Part shown: piece after piece, positions 36,584-47,510 of the stretch
How the letters are laid out: every line of letters starts with the position of its first letter
Numbering within the stretch: the first letter of the stretch is position 1
DNA from: Azolla caroliniana
Lineage: Eukaryota; Plantae; Polypodiophyta
Direction of reading: 5' to 3'
DNA: 64,000 nucleotides
Assembly: GCA_043228905.1 (NCBI GenBank)
Contig: JBHGNT010000014.1
Coordinates: 9,300,001-9,364,000 of the forward strand
Notes under the pieces: model-generated
What the model was told of the DNA's origin: nothing
The model's input: only the letters and a program-made list of their open reading frames with translations
The model's database searches: none
Translations under genes and position numbers: made by a program

Positions 36584-39500
36584 CTACATCGCTAGGAGAG
36601 TATCCATATCATTGGATTCATCATCAATCGGTGAACTATCATCCACATTTAGCGCAATAATATCCACTCCAGATAGACTCGCTATTATGGGGTCCTCCGT
36701 TAAGTCATCGTCAAGCTCTACAAGTTCCCCAGGTTCACCAACCAAAGGAGGGATTGGTTCACGGGAGGCAGGCTGAAAACGTTCGGTATCTGCTATATGC
36801 TTGGCCCCTACCTCCTCGCCTTGATCGGGGCATTCCCAAAGCGCGCAAAGCCTCATGTTGATGAAGTTCACCTGGTCCTCATCTTTCTCCAATGCGACCG
36901 AATTTCGGAAAAGCTTCAAAGCACATGCCGAAGTGGTCCCTAAACACCATAAATAAGAAATAATGAGTATTATCATAGGTCTAAATATAAATAAAACCTT
37001 CAACACATTGGGAAATTTATTCGAACATTTACCTATGCTAGAAAACAAGTCCAATATCCAGCCATCTTCATTCGAAAACATCTCCACAAGGCGCATCATT
37101 AAACGTTGGGGGCTTCTGGTAGGGATTCACAAGCCCGCGCTAAGTCGTGGTCACATGTCGAAGTTCCATGTCACGACTGGATATACGAGTAGGTTTGAGC
37201 ATCCCACCTCATTCAAATGCTCCTTGATTCTTTGCTTCTTGATCTCGTCATGATAACCAACTGTTATATATTCCATTCCGTTGACAAACCGAAAAGTCGG
37301 TCCCCTATTTACGTTGGTTTTAATCCTGATCATTGAGAAAAGAAGTTATAAGCAGTTTAAATTACAATATATAATTGCTATTGAAATACAATGCTTTCAA
37401 TAAAATCCTTACCAAGCAAGGTTCTCAATTCCATGGCAACGAGATCTCAACACTTGAGCCACGGAATATCCCTGATCCATGCTATGAAATATTACAATTC
37501 TCCACAAGGAAGCGGTGGTCAAGTTGGCGAAATCGTTTACCATTTTTTTCAACTGCTTGAGCCTAAAAGGTTCGTCATCGTAGATCGATCCAGCCATACG
37601 AAAACCGTATAGAATATCAGCTACCATTAACGTATACTCTTTCTTTGGCAGCTTCTGGATCATGTCAGCCACATCACCACAATAAACATTGTAGTACAGA
37701 TCTCTGGTGATGTCTTTTTTGTGGCTGAACTTCTTGAAGGTGTCGTCATCTTCCACCTCAAACACCCTTACCAAGCGTCGATCCTTCTCTTTTCTGGCCC
37801 TTTCAAGATGCGCAAGAAAGGATGTTGGAAAGTCATTTATATCCTTTATTTCACCAGGCCTCTTACTTTGACATGGTTTCTAAAACAAATAAGACATTAA
37901 CAAAGTTATAGTCGATACACGGGATGGACCACGACAAATTGATCAAAAAAAGAGTTATACTCACCTGAGAGGAACTACATGCTCCCAATGAACAACGCTC
38001 GGCCACAACCGAGCTTAGAATCAAAACACAGAAAAACGGGGAATGAATGCATGACACAATGGAGAGAAGAGAACACAGGATGTTAACGTGGAAAACCCAA
38101 ACTAGGGAAAAACCACGACAGCCCACAGATTGCAAACTATCACTATGTCAGAATGTACAAATGGTAAAGCACCAAAGCAACGACCTCGAGCTTTCTATCT
38201 TCGCCACAGGCGGCGGTTACAACAGAGGCAACGACCTCTTGCTCTCTCTCACTCTCTCTGTACACAGTTACGCACTCTAATCTTGCGCCAACAAGAATGA
38301 CAACAACAACTACCTTTGTTTGCCCTAAGTCATATTTATACTAATATGACTTTCCGGCTATTTACAAATATGTCTTCCGTAGCCGGGTACTCATCATTCG
38401 GTTCTCACCGGGCCTTCACCATCCGGCTCTTGCCAGGTACTCTTCATCCGATTCTCACCGGGTCTTCCGTAGCTGGGTACTCGTCATCCGGTTCTTGCTG
38501 GGTACCCCACATCTGGAGGGACCTGTTTCCTAGCATCACCCAATCCTTAAATGCAATGAAATATTCCAATAACGCCTTGTACGAAGACGTTATCGGATAT
38601 TTTTCAGTCACTTGTTCCCACAATAAGCAACCTAGTTGTTTCATCATCACTTCTTGTATTTTCATTAAGACTTTGTGGTTGAAAAATTATAAATCAACAT
38701 TAAAAATTCATTTCTTAAAATAAGATAAACCATAAAAAATTTAGTAAGACCTTACTTGTTGAACTCCGTAACCATTTCCTCTAGGCTAAGCTCCTTTCCT
38801 ACAACTCTTGAAAGCACAGATATAAGAAGTTGCTCATCTTTGATCCCTTGCATTGCCCTCCATAAAGACAGCTTCATATCATCTGCTGCTTCCTCAATGG
38901 TAAGCTCAATCTTCTTGGCAGCTGAGCTCTTCAATTCTAATTGAGGGTCAACTTTCGACTTCTTTTATCTTTGACCCTTCACTTCCTTATTCTCCCACAT
39001 CGTAAATATTTCATCTTGAAGATCCCTGACTTCTCCATCCCTAAATGCGAGTTGAAACCACGATTCATACTTTCTAATTCCATCAAACTTCACCGCATCG
39101 TCCACCACAATTCCCACTTCGTGGAGACATTGACGTTGTAGAGCTGGATATAATTTCGCTCCAAATTTGTTTTTCCCGTCAAGGTACTCGTGGTGAAAAA
39201 ATCTAATGCGTTTGATGGAGGACATCTTCTGCCGGTAGTCATTGTCGTTATTGTGGTCCCAAGCTAACAACTTCGCCTCCTCAGTTGTTAGCCCCACATA
39301 AATTTTGCATTCCGCATATTTGAAGAAGAACGTTGTGGGATGCTCGCGGACTAATTGTTGTCTTGCCTCCGCCGAGTGAGATCCGCCAATCACAAAATAA
39401 TTGTATCGGTCATGCTTCTTAATATCAAAATCCTCTAGCTTAGAGCACTCAAGAGGATCCACCATTACAATAAAGGCATGACCGTTGCATGAGGGTTAAT

Positions 39501-39900
39501 TTTCATCTTCTTCTTTAAATTTTGGATGTGCAACTTATGTGGTTCTCTGATCTCCAAAGGGCGACGTCTTGTATTCTCATCCAGAGGGGGGCGATGAACA
39601 TGGGTTATTGGAAGGTTAAAAACTTGCCCCTTCCACACAAGTTCTCTATGTATTATGTCCCTTCTAATTTTATTTTGTTTTGATGACAACGCACCAGAAG
39701 CAAGCTCTACCCCTAGTCTAGATTGAGCCTCATCATCTTCTATTGAACTCAATGACTCAGAATCTGACATTCTCGTCACCTTCTTTTTTTGAGGCCTAGA
39801 CCACACCACAGATTTCCTTATTGGTGCTTTAATAGGCGATAAGGAGGTTGTCTTCAAATTAACATGACCTTGAATATATGGCCTCAGCGTTGTTATTAAG
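36584..39900 (-). pseudogene. Spliced pseudogene: ParB/Srx-like domain fused to beta-class N6-adenine/N4-cytosine DNA methyltransferase
   Basis: Exons about 39900-38756, 38672-38540, 37879-37413, 37325-37033 and 36939-36584. Motifs FVIGGSHSAEAR; VYCGDV..LMVADILYG; NLAW|IKTN; VNPYQKP..LMMRLVEMFSNEDGWILDLFSSIG|TTSACALKLFRNSVALEKD. Contains stops, frameshifts and a solo LTR. Confidence 0.82.
37966..38535 (-). mobile_element. Solo LTR of the G/H/J-related Copia group
   Basis: 570 bp with TG..CA ends. TSD TCACC at 37961-37965 and 38536-38540. Shares GGGTTTTCCACGTTAA and AAATATGACTTAGGGCAAAC with the G/H LTRs. Confidence 0.9.
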
Positions 39901-40721
39901 TTAGTACTTGTCTCAATAGCATTTCAGAAGGATTTTGTCCCGCATGAATCCTTCAACAAGTAGTCTTTGTGGACGATCATCTTTCGGAATAATACATGAG
40001 ATGAACCTAAACCTATATTCTCTCAAATGAAAATCTATTGTAGTCTAGAAAATGCAAATACAGAGAATAGTTTGGCCTTATGAAGCACTTGCCTGAGCAC
40101 TGGTGTATGGGACCTACTTAAAGGATGTAGTCATAAGATCAAAAACATAGCAAAAGGCATTGGAAAGGGAGTTGAGATAAGGGATTAGTGAGACCGAAAC
40201 CTATATGCTCCTTACTGGCAATGGTAGTAAGCTGGTAAAGTTGTATGGGGTACAAAACTTCATTCCAAGTATTGTTTTGTCCTCATTCAGTCTTACAGTA
40301 AGCACATTCATAGTAAAGAAAGATTTGTATGGGGTGTCAAATTATATACAGTATGCAGATTGGTAGTATGGAATGCCAAATAAGCAATCCAGTATTGTTT
40401 TGGCCTCATTCCATTGTTACAGTTAGTACAAAACTCGTAAGGGGGTTAAATGACATGAAGTATGGGAGAAAGAGGATTAGAAACCTAGGGACTGGAAAGA
40501 GAAAAATGTATATTTAATGTCTCAAAGTCCATCAGACACTAAAATTAGTAAAATTTTGGTATCCTCAACAGTGTCTAAATATCAAATTTCAGACCCAATT
40601 TTACCTTATTTTGACCTAATTTAGAATTTCTTAACATGTTTTTACTTCTTATTTTTGGTCTAATGTGTGTTTTCGTGTCTCTAATGTCCCAAGTTAGATT
40701 AATAGTGTTATCTGGGCCACT

Positions 40722-41109
40722 ATTCGATACATCGTATCGAGTTAGGGGTAACAACTCGTTACGCCGTATCGAGTTCTAAGCCTAAGGAGCCCAACTCAAT
40801 ACGGCGTATCGTGTTTTAGCCCTAGGAGCCACACCTCAATACGCCGTATCGAGTTATGACCCCCAACTCGATACTATGTATCGCGTTTTAGTCCTGGGAG
40901 CCACAACTCAATACGCCGTATCGAGTTATGACCTCCAACTCGATACTACGTATCGAGTTGTAGCGCTAGGAGCCACACGGAGTTGTAACGCTAGGAGCCA
41001 CACGGCGTAGCGAGTTAGAATCCCTATCTCAATACGCCATATTGACTTCTAGCCCTAGGAGCCACTACTCGATACGCCGTATCGAGTTATGACCCCCAAC
41101 TTGATATGT
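40722..41109. repeat. Palindromic tandem array, left part (core AACTCGATACGNCGTATCGAGTT)
   Basis: About 10 cores separated by the recurring linkers ATGACCCCC and GTAGCCCTAGGAGCCAC. The last core is split by element F. Confidence 0.9.
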
Positions 41110-44100
41110 TGTCGTGACGATTTTCGGCTACGGTGTGAAACCGAGTGAGACGAATAAACCAAGGATGTGCAACATTGCACATGCATTTAGCAAATAAACC
41201 TAAGGCCTAGTGGCACTTGAGTTCATACAAAGGGGTGCAAGCAAGGTTTGAACCTTGCACCTCTAAAATACAAGATGATTGTCTTACCACTAGGACAACT
41301 ATCATATAGTATAAATTTTATGTATTTCCTTTTCATATACGAATTATAGATGAAACAACCATTAGAAAACCATGTGCACAAAACCATGGTTCTAAACCCA
41401 TGGTTTGTGCATGACATAAGCAAAACTGTGTGCACAAAACCATGGTTTTGTGCATGTCACAAGCATGGAAAGACCTATAAAAGCCTCTTGTTGGGCTTGT
41501 GTAAGGGGGGCTCTCAATATGTGATATCACCAACACCACTATCATCAATATAATTATATTTGTCTTTATCTTCTTCATATTTTTCTACTTCTCAAGTGTA
41601 CAATCTTTCTTCTTCTCAACTAAACCAATTTCATCTAATATTACATTGATCGTCATCTCTTCGATAATTCCGCGAACGTCCTTCCCAGTCCAAGACCCCG
41701 GTGGTCGCTCGAGTAGCACACGCACGCACGAATCTTCGCGACATCATTTGGTGAACCCGACGTGAAGAGCAGCAGGGGAGGACGAAGATGGATGGCGAAT
41801 ATCTCATGGAGGCAATGCCAAAAAGGATGATGGAGTTTCTGAGAGAAGGGAAAAGACGAAATGAAGCCCAACAAGTCGTCGATAGGGTAGTCGAGCGAAT
41901 GAGCTATTTCAACGGTGCCGAAGTCCAAAGTTTCTTAAAAGTCTACAATGCGGAGATGGATTCAAGAGGTGTGGACAAAGCTATGAGGCTAGAGTACTTT
42001 TGTCGGGTGGTGTCTCAACCGATCTTCAAAGACGTAAAAGAGTTTCTAGAAGCTCATGATTCATGGGAGACTTTCGAGAAGGCTCTATTGGAGGAATATG
42101 GCTATGAGAGACTAAAGGAACGAGATCGACGCAACTTCGACCAATGGGCATCGCCGAAGACCCACCAAGGCGCAACACAAGCATTCGTAGACTTCGAGCA
42201 TCGTTTTTCTCAACTCTCAGAGCGGGAACAAACATTAGTGGGGGTCGATAAGGTCCTTATGTTCGTGAAGTCAATCGATCGAATGGAAAGGATCCCATCG
42301 GCCTCAAACTCGAAGAAGACGACGGTGCAAATGGCGTCATCGAGGATTGGAGCAAAGTGGAAAGTGTATGCCGACTACACGATAAGGGGCGAGCGAGAAT
42401 ATCGATGACAACAAGACGGCCCATGAAGGGCGATCGAAGAGGGACGAGATGCAACAACGCACCACCAACAAAAGAAATGAAGCTTAAAAGGGAGACAAAA
42501 CAGAGGCAAATGGTGATCGAGGAAGAAGAGACCTCCCAACAAATGTGGGTTAATGAAGTGGCCAATACAAAGGCTAAGGTTCGGTATGACGGTACCGAGA
42601 GAGAAGGTGCGAAATAAGTCACCTTCTTGTCTTAGGAAGAAAAGATGGACAAGGAGGACGGCGATGACTCGAGGACGGCGAACGCCACTTCGAGGGAGGA
42701 TAAATGTTTCGGAACACGCATTGTGTACGAAACATCGGGTGATGAAGGTGAAAGCATGAGAAAATCTTGCATGATCGAGGGAGATAAATTGTTTGAGTCC
42801 GACGTGATTGAGGAGGTAGCCATGAAAATCGACATCGAGTCAGAGGTGGCTATGGACGAGTCGACGACGGATAGCCATGTCGACACTTTCTCCACGCTTG
42901 TTCCAGAAACTTCGGCGGTTGCGCCCGTGTGCCAACGTGAGACCAGAGAGACGGAAGGTGGTTACGAGAAGACGAAGGCCCAACACAAAGAGGAAGAAGA
43001 TCGAGGAATAAAGGATATCCCCACACCTATTCTAGAGACTTCGGCGGTTGTGCACGTACGCCAACGTGAGACCAGAGAGACGGATTGTGTCGACGGAAAA
43101 GCGGACGATCGGAAGGGTGATGAGGAAGACAAGGTAAATGAACGAAGGGATTCCTTCACACTAGTTCCGGAGACTTCGGTAGTCGAGACCGTGTGTCGAC
43201 ATAAGACCGAAGATAAAGGAGGTGGCGGAGAGGAGACAATATGGCTCGAGGCGAGCATACACAGAGGGAAGGATGTAGCCGACGAGGAGGCCAAGGATGA
43301 AGTTGTGGTTGAGTTTGATGGATAGGCAGCATGCGGGAAGGAAGGAAGAGTCGAGAACCGGTCGAACCGGAAGACGATCCGGCCAGGATTCCGGCCCGAA
43401 CGAAGGAAGATCCACATGGTAGATGATCGACCGGGGCCAACCCGGCTGAAACTTGATTCGGAGGAAATCGATCGGATGATCCCGATCCAAAAGGGGGCCG
43501 ACCCGGCCAGAATCAATCGGTCGGGCCCAACTTGGCGAAATGCGAATGCAGACAAACGCCAACCGCGCCAAGAAGCGATCAACGGAGACCGATCCGGACA
43601 AGGGCAAACCTGGCATAATCGGAGATCGACACGAACGATCCACAACACCCAGTTGAAGACGGTGAGCGCGAGGAGTGGCTAGGAGTAAAATCAAAGGACA
43701 CGCACGGTGGACGAAGGAAGAGCAATCGGATCGACGACATCGTTCGGTAGATCTACTACAACCGATCGGGGAAGAAGGTGTGAGCGCCGGATATGGTGGA
43801 TCGGGTGGCTACGGTGGTTCGGTTGGAAATATTGCGCATACTCAAAGTGGAAGACGAAGTCAGGCGAGGTCGACGAGCGTGCAGTGGAACTCGGTTGATC
43901 ACCGTTGCCAAAGATCTCACCTCATCATCTTTCTTGGCACATACCGGAGGATGTGCGGGTTTGGTGGGGGTGGATGTCGTGACGATTTTCGGCTACGGTG
44001 TGAGACCGAGTGAGACGAATAAACCAAGGATGTGCAACATTGCACATGCACTTAGCAAATAAACCTAAGGCCTAGTGGCACTTGAGTTCATACAGAGGGG

Positions 44101-44605
44101 TGCAAGCAAGGTTTGAACCTTGGACCTCTAAAATACAAGATGATTTCCTTACGAGTAGGACAACTATCATATAGTGTAGATTTTATGTATTTCCTTTTCA
44201 TATACAAATTATAGATGAAACAACCATTAGAAAACCATGTGCACAAAACCATGGTTTGTGCATGACATAAGCAAAACCGTGTGCACAAAACCATGGTTTT
44301 AGCCCATGGTTTTGTGCATGTCACAAGCATGGAAAGACCTATAAAAGCCTCTAGTTGGGCTTGTGTAAGGGGGGCTCAATATGTGATATCACCAACACCA
44401 CTATCATCAATATAATTATATTTTTCTTTATCTTCTTCATATTTTTCTACTTCTCAAGTGTACAATCTTTCTTCTTCTGAAGTAAACCAATTTCATCTAA
44501 TCTTACATTGATCGTCATCTCTTCGATAATTCCACGAACGTCCTTCCCAGTCCAAGACCCCGGTGGTCGCTCGAGTAGCACACGCACGCGCGAATCTTCG
44601 CGACA
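41110..44605 (+). mobile_element. Non-autonomous gag-only LTR element F (tRNA-Trp PBS)
   Basis: LTRs at 41110-41743 and 43975-44605 (TGTCG..CGACA). PBS TGGTGAACCCGACGTGA at 41749-41765, PPT GGTGGGGGTGGA at 43963-43974. 4-bp TSD ATGT/ATGC. No RT seen. Confidence 0.9.
41788..43325 (+). pseudogene. Element F gag-like ORF with acidic repeat-containing tail, frameshifted
   Basis: ORF 41788..42408 is homologous to the K gag (VVDRVVE, WETFEKALLEEY). It is followed by acidic ORF 42645..43325. Confidence 0.7.
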
Positions 44606-45118
44606 ATGCCGTATCAAGTTGTAGCCCTAGGAGTCACAACTCGATACGTCGTAATGAGTTATGACCCCCAACTCGATACGTTGTATCGAGTTGTAGCCCT
44701 AGGAGCCATTACTCGATACGTTGTATCGAGTTGTAGCGCTAGGAGCCACAACTCGATACGCCGTATCGCGTTCTGACCCCTAACTCGACAAGGCGTACAG
44801 AGCTCTAGCCCTAGGAGACCTAACTCGATACGTCGTATCGAGTTATGACTCCCAACTCGATACAACGTATCTAGTTCTAGCCCTAGGACCCACTAGATAC
44901 GGCGTAACGAGTTCTAATACGTTACTCGATACATTGTAACGACTTTTGACACTCAACTCATTACATCGTATCGAGTTGAGTGTTAGAACTTGATACATCG
45001 TATCGAGTTCTTGGTCTTGGATCTATAACTTGATACATTGTACCGAGTTGTGACCGTCACGTTGATACAATGGACCGACTTCGGGCTATAACTCGATACG
45101 ATGTATCGAGTTATGGAT
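44606..45118. repeat. Palindromic tandem array, right part
   Basis: About 14 more copies of the 23-bp palindromic core, decaying rightwards. Confidence 0.9.
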
Positions 45119-47510
45119 CTAGGAGGTAGAAGTGGGCACACATGTTATTCAAAAAGAAATATAAAGTACGTAGATAGGACTATGTTCATACAGTTTAGGG
45201 TTTAGATCCTACCTGGTGTCAGAACGAGCAGTCTTTTTGCTCAACATGATGATCGTGTAGGTGAGGGGATGTGTGAGGTAGCTTGGGAGTCCTTGCGTCT
45301 GTGCTTTCGTGCTCTCGAGAGTGGTTACGCTCAAATGTGGGGAAAGAAAAAGAGAGGTTAGTTCTATTTATGGGGGGGAGGGGAAGGGACCACAGTTAAA
45401 TAACTAACCATGGTTAGATTAAATGCCATATAGTGCCTTTAGTTATTTTTATTTTTATTTGAATTTATTATTATCATAACATAATGATTATCTTTATACT
45501 TTATGTGTACTATGTGTATTATGTTCATTATGATCTAGTAGTTATTATGATTTCATACTTCTGTGCATTATGATTTAGTGCCTATTATGATCTAGTACTT
45601 ATTATGATTTAATACATGTGCAAGGTCAATCCAATGATTGAGTACACTTATCTACATTTATGCTAGTCTAATGATTTTGATGTGCAATAAAGTAAGAAAT
45701 TATTTATAGTGGTATTGTGCAATTATGTCACGTGGACACGTGATCAATGAATAGGAAGTTACATAAATGTTTTTTTAAGACCTACTTAAGCCACATGACC
45801 ATATAAGGGGGACATGTATATATAACTATACATAAGTTTAATTATGATTTATATTTTTAATATTTAACCTCTTTTAAATTATTATTTATAACTATTAGAA
45901 ATATAGAAGAAATTATATAAGAAAATATACAAATTACATATATAGTTCCTTAGAATTCTATTTGTAGTTTAAGTATGTCTTCCAATTTGTATGCTTAGGG
46001 AGTTAAATATAAAACATATTAGAACCTCAAACAATGGGAACAAATTCACAATTTTCTATTGAGATATATCAACTGTCATCGGATTCCTCACCTTCTCTAG
46101 GGTTTTCGGTAGAAGAATACCATTGGTCTCAAGATTCTAATTTCTTCGTTGAGGAGTATATAATCTCCGACAGTCCATTCAATATGACAAGATTGTATGA
46201 ATTCTCAATTGAAGAGTATGACCCATACGTGGACTCGGGTGAGAATGTAGGTGATTGTCAAAGTTCCAAAAGTATTTCTACCTAGCAACAGAGAACAAAT
46301 GTGCACCAAGAGGAGGACACACCAATATCATCTAAGGATGACAATAATTCAGTGAGCCCCTTATTTTTCAAAAGGGTCTCACTATGTTGTCGTGAAGATT
46401 TTCGGCGATAGTGTGGAAATTGTAAGGAACATTCGAAATCGAGTGTGGCTCTTCTCACGAGAAAAAAAAAACAATAATAGTGAAGATAATATTTTGAATA
46501 AGTTTAATATCTAGGTACAAAAAGATGAAGGTCTTCAAGAGCTTTCAAATGTGCTTTACCACATAAAAAACGGACATCTAAGTGACAAGTGATGTGGGAG
46601 TGAAGTATGAGAAGGAAGAAGAGAAAAATAAAACTATGAGATATCCCACATATATAGGACAAACAAGGACCCTACAATATATAAAGTAGAGCAAAAGCTA
46701 TTATCTTTGTGTCTATGTGTGACCATAGAGAGTTCAAGGTGACTTGAACAAAGTTAATATGATGAATGAGTGTGGCCTAGCTATAAGTTTTGGCCAACCG
46801 GACCAGCGCTGGAACTGGTGAGCTTGCGGTGGATCCGGCAAACCAACGTCATGTGGCGAGACGGCGACCGGATAGATATATAAATAAATATATGTATACA
46901 CAAGGAGTGCAAGTGTAGATTTGAACCTTGCACCTCCAAGTTGAGAGTCTATACACTTATCACTAAGCTAAGACATTTTCTTAAAATTATATTTTTATCA
47001 TTATAGATTTACATGTAAATTCTCATACATGAGACCTTGAATGAGTAGCACGATTCTCATGCATCACATGTAATGCATGAGCGCCAAATGCCAAGCATGC
47101 ATCACATGCATCATATGCATGAGAGATCTATAAAAGAGGAGATGAAAAAGAAGAAGGGAGGTACTTTTTTATTATATGAAATTAAGAGAAGAAAATTCGT
47201 TATCGAATTGATCGTGTAACCTGTTTCTGAAATCTAAAGTCAATTGCTCAATCTTAATCTCTCTCTTTCGCCATATCAATCTTTCTCAATCTAAAATCAA
47301 GTGTTTAATCTCAATCTCTCTCTCAAATTATCTTAAATACTTTCTTGCTAAAGTTTGTTCTAACTTCGAATCCTTTTGGGTCCAGAACCCAGGTGGTTCC
47401 GCCTCACGATTTGCGCTTAATGACGGATCTTCACGACATAATTAAGTGGTGAACCCGATGTGGAAGAGGCAGTAGGAAGGATCAAATCAAGAATCAACCG
47501 ATACTTGGAG

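Noticed and set aside
36584-39900. Bacterial contamination as the source of the MTase
   Set aside because: The gene has spliceosomal introns and a plant Copia solo LTR with TSD inside it.
40722-45118. CRISPR-like array
   Set aside because: Spacers are only 9-17 nt and recur, there are no cas genes, and the context is eukaryotic.
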